A DNA stretch of 64,000 nt from Nitrospirota bacterium (GTDB lineage: Bacteria; Nitrospirota; Thermodesulfovibrionia; Thermodesulfovibrionales; Dissulfurispiraceae). Below the pieces are notes generated by a model. The model saw nothing but the letters and a program-made list of their open reading frames with translations. It had not been told where the DNA came from and searched no databases. The stretch spans positions 224,001-288,000 of the forward strand of contig CAWBMP010000002.1 in assembly GCA_963790025.1 (NCBI GenBank), written 5' to 3'. The stretch's first letter is position 1. Each line of letters begins with the position of its first letter. This document shows, piece after piece, positions 1-9,729 of the stretch. The position numbers and the translations under genes were made by a program.

Positions 1-1214
1 GTCCGCCCTTCCACTGCCAGCGCTTGTGACCATTCCATCGCAAGCCCCATTACCGAGTTCTTCTGGAACTCCGCCTCAGCAATCTCCCGGCGTTTTGCTG
101 CCTCCATCAGTTCTGCAGGCACGCCATTCTTCACGTATCCTGCAATGATTTCTTTTATTCTCCTGATCAGTGCCGCACCGTCTCCACCTTTGGGAAAGGC
201 TGCCATTGCATAAGCCGATGCTGCCTTGGGCAGGGGATTCACGCTGAATTCCGTTTCGAGGGCCTTGCCCTGAGGAACGAGTGCAAAGAGTTCTGCCCGC
301 TGACTGCCCAGCACGTCAGCAAGTATCTGGCTTGCCGCATAGTCAGTACTATCGAAACCGGGAAGACGGTAGGCCACCACCGCCAGTCCGTAAGGAAGAT
401 CAGTCTCAAGAGTGATAGTATCAGCTTTCATAGGCCGAAGCCTGACTTCTGGACGGTTGAACAGGGGCCTGGAAGGTATGTCCCCGAATATCCGGTCCAC
501 CTCGGCCAGGGCCATTTCCGGCTCCAGGTCGCCGGTAAGGACAAGAATAGCGTTATTCGGCGCGTACCAGGCCTCATGAAAAGCCCTGATCATCGCATCT
601 GTCGTCTTCTGGAAAGAGGCACGGGTGCCGAGGGCGTCGTGCGCATAAGGCGAGCCGGCGAACATACGCTCCAGCAGTTTCGTGTAAAAAATATATGTGG
701 GATTCGAGAGGTCCTGCGCAACCTCCTGTTCTATGGCCCCGCGCTCCTGTTCCCATAGCTTCTCGTCTGCAAGCAGGCTTCGCATGCGCATTGCCTCTAT
801 ATGCAGGGCAACAGAGAGGTTGTCGGCAGGCACCGTGAAAAAATATTGAGTAATGGTCTGCTGGGTGTCGGCTTCAAAGCCGCCGCCCATTGCAGCTATA
901 ATGTTGGAAAGCTGTGCCGCCGAAAGCCCGGAGCTGCCACGGAACATCATATGCTCCGTGGCATGCGCCATACCGGGAAAGCCTTCAGGTGTCTCATTGG
1001 CCCCAACGAGGTAGTTGATTCCTGTAGTCACAACTGGAGCGAGAGGATTTCGCACAATTACCACCCGCAAGCCGTTCTTCAGGGTAGCGCGCAATATTTC
1101 CGAGTTCTGGCCCGACTTCTGGACGGAGTCCTGGCCGGAAACCGGAGGCGCAGCCGCAAGAGTCAGCAGGGAAAACAGAACCAGCGCAACATGCAGAATA
1201 ACTTTAAACATCAT
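1..1214 (-). CDS. M16 family (pitrilysin/insulinase-like) zinc peptidase, 3' end outside window
   Basis: Not in the ORF track because it runs off the edge. My translation from ATG 1214 gives a signal peptide (MMFKVILHVALVLFSLLTLAA), then LRATLKNGLRVVIV...YLVGANETPEGFPGMAHATEHMMFRGS with the inverted zinc motif HxxEH. Confidence 0.9.
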   Translation of the reverse strand, partial: MMFKVILHVALVLFSLLTLAAAPPVSGQDSVQKSGQNSEILRATLKNGLRVVIVRNPLAPVVTTGINYLVGANETPEGFPGMAHATEHMMFRGSSGLSAAQLSNIIAAMGGGFEADTQQTITQYFFTVPADNLSVALHIEAMRMRSLLADEKLWEQERGAIEQEVAQDLSNPTYIFYTKLLERMFAGSPYAHDALGTRASFQKTTDAMIRAFHEAWYAPNNAILVLTGDLEPEMALAEVDRIFGDIPSRPLFNRPEVRLRPMKADTITLETDLPYGLAVVAYRLPGFDSTDYAASQILADVLGSQRAELFALVPQGKALETEFSVNPLPKAASAYAMAAFPKGGDGAALIRRIKEIIAGYVKNGVPAELMEAAKRREIAEAEFQKNSVMGLAMEWSQALAVEGR

Positions 1215-1301
1215 CCCATTATAACTGCTTCCCTGGGACATTACAACATGACTCATGATATAATTTATAATTCTCATAAGTTGAGTGGTCCCATAACAAA
1301 T

Positions 1302-1829
1302 ATGCCCCATACTTACCGACAGGCCGTCAGCGAAGACATCCCCGGGATACAGGCGCTCGCCCGCCGCATTTGGGAGGAAGCCTATAACGAAATTTTGTCG
1401 AAAGAGCAGATAGACTATATGCTGGAGATGATGTACTCTGAAAAGGTATTGAATGAAGAACTATCGGGTGGTGTTGTCTGGGACATTATATTGGAAAGCG
1501 GCAAACCTTGCGGTTACCTGTCATATTCATCCGGAGAAGACAATTCGGTCAAGATTTCGAAAATCTATATAGAGAAGGACTTTCGCGGAAAAACAATTGC
1601 CGGGGACTCGATCCGTCGTGTAGTGCAATATGCAGCGAGAAAAGGTAATTATTATGTTTTTCTTACAGTGAATAAAAACAATAAAAGGGCTATTCGGGCA
1701 TATGAAAAGAGCGGTTTTACCATTACCAAATCGGTTGTCACAGACATCGGTAATGGCTTTGTCATGGATGACTATATAATGAAATACATACTTACGGGAG
1801 ATTATGATGGGAAAATTGAACATGACTGA
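1302..1829 (+). CDS. GNAT family N-acetyltransferase
   Basis: C-terminal part of ORF 801..1829 from ATG 1302 (MPHTYRQAV). It shows KIYIEKDFRGK and LTVNKNNKRAIRAYEKSGF...DIGNGFVMDDYIM, typical GNAT motifs. The upstream part of the ORF is antisense to the peptidase. Confidence 0.85.
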   Translation: MPHTYRQAVSEDIPGIQALARRIWEEAYNEILSKEQIDYMLEMMYSEKVLNEELSGGVVWDIILESGKPCGYLSYSSGEDNSVKISKIYIEKDFRGKTIAGDSIRRVVQYAARKGNYYVFLTVNKNNKRAIRAYEKSGFTITKSVVTDIGNGFVMDDYIMKYILTGDYDGKIEHD

Positions 1830-3387
1830 CAGGGTGCTGCTCTCGGGAAACGAGGCGATTGGCAGAGGGGCCATGGAAGCAGGGATTTCCCTTGCCACCA
1901 GCTATGCGGGGACACCGGCCACCGATATCCTGGAGTATTTAGCCCGCAATTTTGCGGGTAATGCCGAGTGGGCCGTAAATGAAAAGGTCGCACTCGAAAC
2001 AGCTATCGGCGCCTCATACGCAAACAAGAGGGTTCTCTGCTCGATGAAACACGTGGGACTCAATGTGGCGGCAGACCCTCTTATGACCGCTTCCTATCTT
2101 GGAATAAAAGGCGGCCTGGTGCTTGCCATAGGTGATGACCCCGGGGCTTATTCTTCACAGAATGAGCAGGATTCGCGCTTCTACGCAAGATTCGCAAAGA
2201 TCCCGTGTCTTGAGCCGAGCGACTCGCAGGAAGCCAAAGACATGACAATCATCGCTTTCGACCTTTCCGAAAAATTTGGACTTCCTGTGATGCTGAGGAC
2301 CCTCACAAGGGTTTCGCATGCTTATTCTCCTGTCCAAATCGGTACTCCCAGAGAAGAAAACCATCTTTCATTGAAAAAAGATCCCGACAGAATGCTGGCA
2401 ATCCCTAAAAACGTGATCAGGCTGCACTCTGCTTTAAACAAAAAATACGATGCATTGCAAGATTGGGTCCTGGAATCGAAGCTCAATAAAATATTCAGGA
2501 GTAAACAGAAAAAAGGCATCATAGCGTGCGGCATCACTTACGCATATGCAAAAGAATACGGCGATGAGTTTGCCTTACTGAAAATCTCCGCTTATCCTGT
2601 CAATGAAAACACAATCAGGAAATTTGTAAGAGGGCTTGATGAGGTTTGGGTCCTTGAGGAGGGCGAGCCGCTCGTCGAAGAAATAACAAGAAAATACTCT
2701 AAAAATGTTAAAGGAAAAATAACCGGGGAACTCGGGGCTGAAGGAGAGCTGGGCCCTGACGCACTCTCAAAACATATTGCAACAGGGACTGCTGAAGGTC
2801 CCCTCCAGGCTTCGGCTGAACCTCTTCCGCTGAGGCCGCCTGTAATGTGTCCCGGCTGCCCTCATCGTGAGTTTTACAGGGCACTGAAGGCTGCCGCCCC
2901 CGCATTCACGACTGGAGATATAGGCTGCTATACGCTTGGTGCAACACCACCTTTAAATGCCCTCGATACCTGTCTCTGCATGGGAGCAAGCATCGGCAAG
3001 GCGGCAGGCATTGCAAAGCAGGGAGTAAAAAGAATTGCTGCGGTCATCGGTGATTCAACATTCATACATTCCGGAATCACCGGGCTTATCAATGCAGTTT
3101 ACAACAAGGCGAACATAACAGTGTTCATTCTGGACAACTCGTCAACCGCGATGACGGGACATCAGCCGACTCCGCTCCTCGGCATTTCAGCAAAAGGGGA
3201 GGAAGCCGGCAAGGTTGATCTCGAAGCACTTTGCAAGGCCTGCGGGGCCAACTCGGTCACTGTAGTTGACCCTTATGACATAGAGACAACGGAAAAAGTG
3301 ATGAGGGAAAAACTGGATGCCGAAGGCGTAAACGTAGTCGTCTCACGCAAGCCCTGCCTCCTGGTATCCAGGAAAATCAAAAAGTAA
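1804..3387 (+). CDS. iorA: Indolepyruvate:ferredoxin oxidoreductase alpha subunit (short form, no C-terminal ferredoxin domain)
   Basis: LLSGNEAIGRGA, NEKVALE, SMKHVGLNVAADPL, SSQNEQD, RPPVMCPGCPHR and the TPP-binding GDSTF...DN..TAMTG motifs. Confidence 0.9.
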   Translation: MMGKLNMTDRVLLSGNEAIGRGAMEAGISLATSYAGTPATDILEYLARNFAGNAEWAVNEKVALETAIGASYANKRVLCSMKHVGLNVAADPLMTASYLGIKGGLVLAIGDDPGAYSSQNEQDSRFYARFAKIPCLEPSDSQEAKDMTIIAFDLSEKFGLPVMLRTLTRVSHAYSPVQIGTPREENHLSLKKDPDRMLAIPKNVIRLHSALNKKYDALQDWVLESKLNKIFRSKQKKGIIACGITYAYAKEYGDEFALLKISAYPVNENTIRKFVRGLDEVWVLEEGEPLVEEITRKYSKNVKGKITGELGAEGELGPDALSKHIATGTAEGPLQASAEPLPLRPPVMCPGCPHREFYRALKAAAPAFTTGDIGCYTLGATPPLNALDTCLCMGASIGKAAGIAKQGVKRIAAVIGDSTFIHSGITGLINAVYNKANITVFILDNSSTAMTGHQPTPLLGISAKGEEAGKVDLEALCKACGANSVTVVDPYDIETTEKVMREKLDAEGVNVVVSRKPCLLVSRKIKK

Positions 3388-3566
3388 AATGCTTGGTTGT
3401 CAACAAAATAGCTGGCGTCCCGGGCCTGGGGCAGGTAAAGCAAAAACCTGTATTGTAAATTCTTTGCCTGTATGATAAATTGAAATCAAGGGAGTCGACA
3501 TAAAGCCCTACTGCCGACGGACATATAAAGAGCAGCGATAAAAACGGCCATGGGGAAAGGAGTGCA

Positions 3567-3830
3567 ATGACAAGCGCAAGAAGTATAAAAGACATGGGAA
3601 ATAATTGCGACGGCGGAGAATTTGACGACCTTAAGGAGATAAAATCGGCGTTTCTTTCGTTTATAGCAAGTCGCGAACAGATGCGGGGGCTTAACAAAAA
3701 AATGTCCGACAGGTTGCATGACCATGTAAACCATGATCATATAAGCCGCATCCGCGATATTGTCGCTACGATTGAATGCAAGCTCAATATTCTAAGCCAG
3801 GGTTGTCCTGAACCTTCAACCCGGCGTTGA
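3567..3830 (+). CDS. Small hypothetical protein (87 aa)
   Basis: AAAGGAG ribosome-binding site just before the ATG. The ORF fills the gap between iorA and the convergent ACT gene. No recognisable motif. Confidence 0.5.
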   Translation: MTSARSIKDMGNNCDGGEFDDLKEIKSAFLSFIASREQMRGLNKKMSDRLHDHVNHDHISRIRDIVATIECKLNILSQGCPEPSTRR

Positions 3831-3831
3831 G

Positions 3832-4263
3832 CTACAAATTGTAAAGCTCTTTCGCGGAAAGCACCGTAATGCCGCCGTCTTTAAGGGCTTTAATGGCCCC
3901 ATCGGAGTTCTCGGTGCGTATTACAACCACTGCTTTTTCAGCTGTCTTCTCAACAAAGGCGTACAGATATTCGACATTGATCTGCGCGTCATTCAAGACC
4001 TTCAGCGCGTCGGAAAGTCCGCCGGGCTGGTCCGACACGCCGACGGCGATAACATTATTTTCCCTTACGGTAAAACCGCTTTTCTCAAGGACCTTCTTTG
4101 CCTTGTCCGGCCCTGGGACGATGAGACGCAGTATACCGAATTCAGAAGTGTCGGCAATCGACAGCGCCCGTATATTTATCTTTGCCTTAGCCAGTGCATC
4201 TATAGCTTCGTATAACCTGCCCTTCTTGTTCTCCAGAAAGATTGAAATCTGCTTTACCTTCAT
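3832..4263 (-). CDS. Tandem ACT-domain amino-acid-binding protein
   Basis: QISIFLENKKGRL...INIRALSIADTSEFGILRLIV and DQPGGL..INVEYLYAF; this is the ACT family commonly found beside paaK. Confidence 0.9.
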   Translation of the reverse strand: MKVKQISIFLENKKGRLYEAIDALAKAKINIRALSIADTSEFGILRLIVPGPDKAKKVLEKSGFTVRENNVIAVGVSDQPGGLSDALKVLNDAQINVEYLYAFVEKTAEKAVVVIRTENSDGAIKALKDGGITVLSAKELYNL

Positions 4264-4274
4264 ATGGCGCTCCT

Positions 4275-5573
4275 TTATAATTGACGCTTGTCGATTACTC
4301 TTTTGGCCTTGCCCTCACTGCGCGGGATGGTCTTTGGTTCTACGAGTGTGACTTTAACCCTCAATCCGATTGCTCTTTCTATGTTCTTCTCCAGCTTTTT
4401 CTTCAACTCTTCAATATGCCTCACCTCGTCGGAGATAAGTTTCTTTGATATCTCGACCTGAACTTCAATCTCATCGAGATGCTGCGGCCGGGTCACGATT
4501 ATCTGATAATGAGGTTCTATGCCCTTAATTTCGAGCAGCGCCTTTTCTATCTTGTAGGGGAATACAATCACGCCCCTGATCTTCAGCATGTCATCGGTAC
4601 GGCCTTGTATGCGGTCCATTCTGATCGTCGTTCTTCCGCACTTGCATTCTTCCCTCCTCAACGCCGTTACGTCTCGCGTTCTGAAGCGGAGCATAGGCAT
4701 GCCTTCGCGGGTCAAGGTAGTAAGCACAAGTTCGCCCTTTTCTCCGTCAGGCAACGGTTCAAGAGTTTCAGGTGATATGACCTCAGGATAAAAATGGTCT
4801 TCATGTATGTGGAGCCCTGTCTTTTCCGGACACTCGTGCGCTACGCCGGGCCCTATTATCTCTGTCAGGCCATAAATGTTCAATGCCAGAATATTGAATC
4901 TCTTCTCTATTTCATCGCGGATTTTTTCGGTCCACATCTCGGCGCCGAAACATCCCGCCTTCAACTTGATCTTTTTGGTATCTACACCCTCTTCTTCCGC
5001 CACTTCGGCCAGATATAGTGAGTACGAGGGCGTGCATGTTATGATCGTAGTACTGAAGTCCTGCATTATCTCCAGCTGTCTTTTGGTATTTCCGGCGGAT
5101 ATCGGAACAACGGTGGCCCCGATCCTCTGTGAGCCATAATGAACGCCAAGCCCGCCGGTGAACATCCCGTATCCGTAACAGTTCTGTATTATATCTTCCT
5201 CGGTCGCTCCGGCCATAGTCAGACAGCGGGCCATCACTTCGCTCCACAGGTCTATGTCACCGCGGGTATATCCGGCCACCACAGGTTTTCCGGTAGTGCC
5301 TGAGGATGTGTGGACCTCGACTATTTCATTGCGGGGTACCGCAAACATGCCGAACGGATAACTCTCGCGGAGATCGGCCTTTGTGGTGAAAGGTATTTTG
5401 GTTATGTCCTTCAGCGTTTTAATGTCTTCAGGTTTGAGTTTAGCTTCGGTGAATTTCTTCTTGAACCAGGGGACATTATCACATGCCCTCCTGACAGCCT
5501 TCCTCAATCTCTCGAGCTGCAACCTCTCCCTCTCCCTGACGGGCATACACTCCGCATGTCTGTCCCAGATCAT
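4275..5573 (-). CDS. paaK: Phenylacetate-CoA ligase family protein (paralogue 1)
   Basis: [11 protein letters not shown]-loop, [27 protein letters not shown] and C-terminal [10 protein letters not shown]. Confidence 0.9.
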   Translation of the reverse strand: MIWDRHAECMPVRERERLQLERLRKAVRRACDNVPWFKKKFTEAKLKPEDIKTLKDITKIPFTTKADLRESYPFGMFAVPRNEIVEVHTSSGTTGKPVVAGYTRGDIDLWSEVMARCLTMAGATEEDIIQNCYGYGMFTGGLGVHYGSQRIGATVVPISAGNTKRQLEIMQDFSTTIITCTPSYSLYLAEVAEEEGVDTKKIKLKAGCFGAEMWTEKIRDEIEKRFNILALNIYGLTEIIGPGVAHECPEKTGLHIHEDHFYPEVISPETLEPLPDGEKGELVLTTLTREGMPMLRFRTRDVTALRREECKCGRTTIRMDRIQGRTDDMLKIRGVIVFPYKIEKALLEIKGIEPHYQIIVTRPQHLDEIEVQVEISKKLISDEVRHIEELKKKLEKNIERAIGLRVKVTLVEPKTIPRSEGKAKRVIDKRQL

Positions 5574-5583
5574 TTTTCTCTCC

Positions 5584-6012
5584 TTATTTGGCGCCTTTCT
5601 CGCTGTAAAATTTCAGGTCCGTTTTTTTAAGAAGTTGTTTTGCGTTCTCTATGTCCTTGACCTCAACCAGCAGATAGGCCCTCTTCCTGGATTCAGCAAC
5701 ATATACGGATGCATTTTCTATGTTGACGTTATTTTGTGCAAGGACGTGAACCACTTCGTATAATCCTCCAGGCTGGTCCGTCATTTCGATGGCAAGCACT
5801 TCGGTGAGGGAAACCGTAAAACCGGCCTCCTTCAGTTTCTCAAGTGCAAGCTCGGGCTTGTCGACCATGAGCTTGATGATTCCGAATGCATTTGTGCTGG
5901 TAATTGATATGGCAAGAATATTGACTTTAGAATCAGAGAGGACTTTTGTCACTTTTTCCATCTTGCCGAGCTTATTTTCTGCAAATATCGAAATTTGCGT
6001 TACCTTGTCCAT
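5584..6012 (-). CDS. Tandem ACT-domain protein (second paralogue)
   Basis: [13 protein letters not shown]...VNILAISI and DQPGGLYEV; clearly homologous to 3832..4263. Confidence 0.85.
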   Translation of the reverse strand: MDKVTQISIFAENKLGKMEKVTKVLSDSKVNILAISITSTNAFGIIKLMVDKPELALEKLKEAGFTVSLTEVLAIEMTDQPGGLYEVVHVLAQNNVNIENASVYVAESRKRAYLLVEVKDIENAKQLLKKTDLKFYSEKGAK

Positions 6013-6072
6013 AGCCGCTCCCCCTTTTAGGTCTCGTGAAAAAATAATGCTGACTCATTTTTTCGTGAGATA

Positions 6073-7380
6073 TTACAATGTCCTGTTGTCTATGACTCTC
6101 TTTGCCTTCCCCTCACTGACCGGTAGTGTGCCCGGCTCCAAAAGATCCACTTTAGGTTTTACCAGGACAGCAGACCTTATCCTGTCCGTTATCAATTTTT
6201 TCAACTCCAGGAGGTGCTCTATGTTCCCGTCAAACACGCCTCTCGATATCTCAACTCTAATGGTCATGTCGTCATAAGATTCGAGTATGATCTGGTAATT
6301 CTCGGCAACACCCTTGATGCACATCAGCACCTGCTCTATCTGCTGCGGGAATATGTTGACCCCCTTTACGATGAACATGTCGTCAGACCGCCCGATAATG
6401 CGTGATATCCTTCGATGCGTTCTGCCGCATTTGCATTTCCCTTCCACGACTTTTGTAATGTCTCGCGTGCGGTAACGGAGTATAGGCATCGCATCGCGCT
6501 GCAAGGTAGTGAAAACCAGTTCTCCCTCTTCACCTTCCGGGACTTCTTCTCCTGTTTCAGGGTTGATTATTTCCATTAAAAACATATCTTCCCATATGTG
6601 CATTCCGTTTTTCTCGGTGCATTCAAAACCGACGCCCGGGCCGTTCATTTCTGTCAGGCCATATGAGTTGTAAACATCTATGCCGAAGATATTCTCAAGC
6701 TTTCCTCTTGTCTCTTCAGAGTAAGGTTCCGCGCCCAGATATGCCCTCTTGAGTTTCAGTCCTGTCTTAGGATCGATCCCTCTCTTCTGCAGGACTGCTC
6801 CGAGATACAGCGCATAACTTGGTGTTATATGAATGGCTGTAGTGTTGAAATCCTGCATCAGCGCGATCTGCCTGTCCGTATTCCCGGGTCCAGCCGGAAT
6901 CACAAGAGCGCCCAATTTCTCGGCGCCATAATGCATGACAAGGGCCCCTGTAAAAAGACCGTAGGTCATCATGTTCTGCAGTATATCGCCTTTTGTCATT
7001 CCGGTCATTGTAAGGCACCTGGCAATCAGTTGAGCAGAATTGTCTATGTCCTTCCCCGAGAAAAATATCGCCTTTGGCTTGCCGGTGGTGCCGCTTGAGG
7101 TATGAAGCCGCACCACATTGTCCTTCGGAACTGCAAGCATTCCAAAAGGATAGTTCAACCTTAGGTCATCCCTCGTGGTAAATGGAAGTCTTTTGATATC
7201 TTTCAGTGTTTTGATGTCCGATGGTTTGACTTTCAATTCATCAAATCTATCTTTGTAAAATGAGACCTTCCGGTACACATTCCGTACCGTCTTTTGGAGC
7301 TTCTGAAGCTGGAAAGCCTCCAGTGTCCTTCGTCCCATTGTTTCAACCTGCTTTTGCCAGAACATCTTTGTCCCTCTCAT
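6073..7380 (-). CDS. paaK: Phenylacetate-CoA ligase family protein (paralogue 2)
   Basis: [52 protein letters not shown]. Confidence 0.9.
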   Translation of the reverse strand: MRGTKMFWQKQVETMGRRTLEAFQLQKLQKTVRNVYRKVSFYKDRFDELKVKPSDIKTLKDIKRLPFTTRDDLRLNYPFGMLAVPKDNVVRLHTSSGTTGKPKAIFFSGKDIDNSAQLIARCLTMTGMTKGDILQNMMTYGLFTGALVMHYGAEKLGALVIPAGPGNTDRQIALMQDFNTTAIHITPSYALYLGAVLQKRGIDPKTGLKLKRAYLGAEPYSEETRGKLENIFGIDVYNSYGLTEMNGPGVGFECTEKNGMHIWEDMFLMEIINPETGEEVPEGEEGELVFTTLQRDAMPILRYRTRDITKVVEGKCKCGRTHRRISRIIGRSDDMFIVKGVNIFPQQIEQVLMCIKGVAENYQIILESYDDMTIRVEISRGVFDGNIEHLLELKKLITDRIRSAVLVKPKVDLLEPGTLPVSEGKAKRVIDNRTL

Positions 7381-7952
7381 CTAATCTCTCTGCCTGTTTC
7401 AAATGCCTTTATGTTTATTTCTGTCGTTTTGGCCGGTACCGACTCTTCGATCGCCTTCTGCCAATCCGCCATAGTAAAAGGAAGATAACGGGAGAGGGCA
7501 CCGACGAGAATAATGTTTTCCACCTTGAGGTTGCCCAATTCTTTGGCGATCTCAAGCGCTTTAATCACGTCAACCCGGAATCCCCGGGATTCCATCTTTT
7601 CTTTAATGTTTTCCGGGTACCTGGAGTTTTCAGGGATTATGATGGACGGTGCCACCTGTTTGCTGTTAAGTATCACCTGTGCCGCGGGTCGCAGAAAATA
7701 AGTATATCTGAGTCCTTCAAGTTCTTCGAGGGCGACCATAAAATCGGCCTTGCCCCTTGGAATCAGGGGTGAATAGACCTCTTCACCAAAACGGACATGG
7801 CTGATTACGCTGCCGCCTCTCTGGGCCATCCCGTGAAGCTCGCTCTCTTTAACCATGAAGCCGGCTGTGAATGCACATTTCGCAAGGATTTTGCTGGCCA
7901 AAACAATCCCCTGGCCTCCCACCCCTGCCAACAATATACTTGTAATATTCAC
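7377..7952 (-). CDS. iorB: Indolepyruvate:ferredoxin oxidoreductase beta subunit
   Basis: GVGGQG and SELHGMAQRGGSV motifs. I place the start at GTG 7952; the ORF-track extension runs into a repeat element. Confidence 0.88.
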   Translation of the reverse strand: MNITSILLAGVGGQGIVLASKILAKCAFTAGFMVKESELHGMAQRGGSVISHVRFGEEVYSPLIPRGKADFMVALEELEGLRYTYFLRPAAQVILNSKQVAPSIIIPENSRYPENIKEKMESRGFRVDVIKALEIAKELGNLKVENIILVGALSRYLPFTMADWQKAIEESVPAKTTEINIKAFETGREIR

Positions 7953-8035
7953 GAGCCGCCCTTTCTGTTGAAAGTTAAAAATAGCTAAAAATTTTATCAC
8001 ACATCCGGGAATTACTGCAACCGGCGTTGGTAGTG

Positions 8036-8243
8036 GGTAGTGGGTCAGTTTGTTTTTGCTCTGGATCACAGTGGTTCTCAGCAGTGGGGTGGTACCGCCC
8101 GCCCCATAAATCGAGAAAGGGGTCCCCGAAAAGTCACAGACTTTTTGGGGTGCAGTTGGGCTCCCAGATAATCTTCAGTACGTGCCGGTGATGGAAACTA
8201 AAGACTATTTGATCCAGAGGGAAAAACAAACTGACCCACTACC
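8036..8243. mobile_element. MITE-like element with ~33-bp terminal inverted repeats
   Basis: GGTAGTGGGTCAGTTTGTTTTTGCTCTGGATCA (8036-8068) and its near-perfect reverse complement (8210-8243); the first 22 nt are identical. There is an internal hairpin at 8124-8150 and no transposase. Confidence 0.55.
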
Positions 8244-8257
8244 AACCATCGCGCACA

Positions 8258-8436
8258 TGCAGTAAAACATGGCATAGCCGTCTTTCGGCCAAATAAAACT
8301 ACTATTGTTCCAGTCAAAACATTTAATTGTAGACTAGTACGCAATAATCACAGCGTTGGGGCTCGGCGTCACTCGCCCCCGCTACAGCAGACCCGTGATA
8401 TTTTGCCGAAAGACGGCTATGCCATGTTCTGCTGCA
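8258..8436. repeat. Second long inverted-repeat element (38-bp arms)
   Basis: TGCAGTAAAACATGGCATAGCCGTCTTTCGGCCAAATA (8258-8295) versus the reverse complement of 8399-8436; 3 mismatches. Confidence 0.8.
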
Positions 8437-8561
8437 GCGGTATGTGCTTTATTGATCTAGTATATTGTTTTTATAGCTGAAAATTTGCTATCTTATGATG
8501 CTCATAGAGGCATTGGATACTTTTTCATTATAAATATAGTTATGGAACAAAGGGGGGTCAA

Positions 8562-9719
8562 ATGAAAAGAGTTACAACAGTGTTTTTTGCACTGACCGGA
8601 TTTCTTTTATCGTTGTTAGTTACAGGGAGCACATATGCCGCAGAGCCCTACAAGGTCGGTGCGGTTTTTTCCGTGACAGGAGCGGCTTCTTTTCTGGGTG
8701 AGCCCGAGAAGAATACGGCCCTGCTGCTGCAGGACCAGATCAATAAGGCCGGAGGCATAAACGGCCATCCGCTTGAGATCATCATTGAGGACTCAAAGAG
8801 TGATGAAACTCAGGCCGTGCTTTCCGCCAAAAAACTCATCGAAAGAGATAAAGTGCTTGCCATCATCGGGCCCTCAACCACAGGAGAGTCAATGGCCCTC
8901 GTGCCTATAATGAACAGTGCCCAGACTCCTCTTATTTCGTGTGCGGCAGGAGCAGGCATAACCCAGCCTGTTGAAGAAAGATACTGGATATTCAAAACTG
9001 CTCAATACGATACCAGCGCTGTTGAGGCGATCTATACATACATGAAAAAGCATGGCATCTCAAAGATCGGCATTATCACTATATCAACCGGGTTCGGCGA
9101 TGCCGGGAAAAAAGCCCTCCTCGAAACAGCTTCCAGATACGGCATTAAAATAGTCGCTGATGAAAAATACGGACCAAAAGATTCCGATATGACAACCCAG
9201 CTTGTAAAGATTAAGGCAACGGGTGCCCAGGCGATTATAAACTGGTCTGTGGGCCCCGGTCAGGTGATCGTAACGAAAAACTGGCAATCATTAAAGATGG
9301 GAATCCCTCTTTATCAGAGCCATGGATGGGGAAGCAGGAAGAACATCGAACTTGCCGGCAAGGCATCTGAGGGAGTTATCTCTCCTCTTGGCAGGCTCGT
9401 TGTATGGGAGAAGATGCCGGTCACGCATCCCCAGTACAACCTGCTGAAAAAATTTACCGTGGATTATGAGGCCAGGTTTAAAGGAGAACCGGGTACATTT
9501 GGCGGACATGCATACGATGCGGTCATGATAATAGAAAAGGCAATTAAGAATGCCGGGGGAGACAAAAAGAAGATCAGGGACTATATTGAAGCCAAAATAA
9601 AAAAATGGCCGGGTGCAGGGGGTATCTTCAACATGTCTCCTAAGGACCACTGCGGCCTCGACAAGACAGCATTTGAAATGGTGGTTGTCAAGAACGGAGA
9701 TTGGGAAATATTGAAGTGA
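8562..9719 (+). CDS. Liv-type (HAAT family) ABC transporter substrate-binding protein
   Basis: Signal peptide, INKAGGINGHPLEIIIED and YDAV motifs of the LivK-like fold; heads the permease/ATPase operon. Confidence 0.9.
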   Translation: MKRVTTVFFALTGFLLSLLVTGSTYAAEPYKVGAVFSVTGAASFLGEPEKNTALLLQDQINKAGGINGHPLEIIIEDSKSDETQAVLSAKKLIERDKVLAIIGPSTTGESMALVPIMNSAQTPLISCAAGAGITQPVEERYWIFKTAQYDTSAVEAIYTYMKKHGISKIGIITISTGFGDAGKKALLETASRYGIKIVADEKYGPKDSDMTTQLVKIKATGAQAIINWSVGPGQVIVTKNWQSLKMGIPLYQSHGWGSRKNIELAGKASEGVISPLGRLVVWEKMPVTHPQYNLLKKFTVDYEARFKGEPGTFGGHAYDAVMIIEKAIKNAGGDKKKIRDYIEAKIKKWPGAGGIFNMSPKDHCGLDKTAFEMVVVKNGDWEILK

Positions 9720-9729
9720 GCTTGATCAT

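Noticed and set aside
801..1301. N-terminal 167 aa of ORF 801..1829
   Set aside because: Antisense shadow of the M16 peptidase; GNAT similarity begins at ATG 1302.
7953..8069. N-terminal extension of iorB (MIQSKNKLTHY...)
   Set aside because: Read from the MITE-like terminal repeat; IorB homology starts at GTG 7952.
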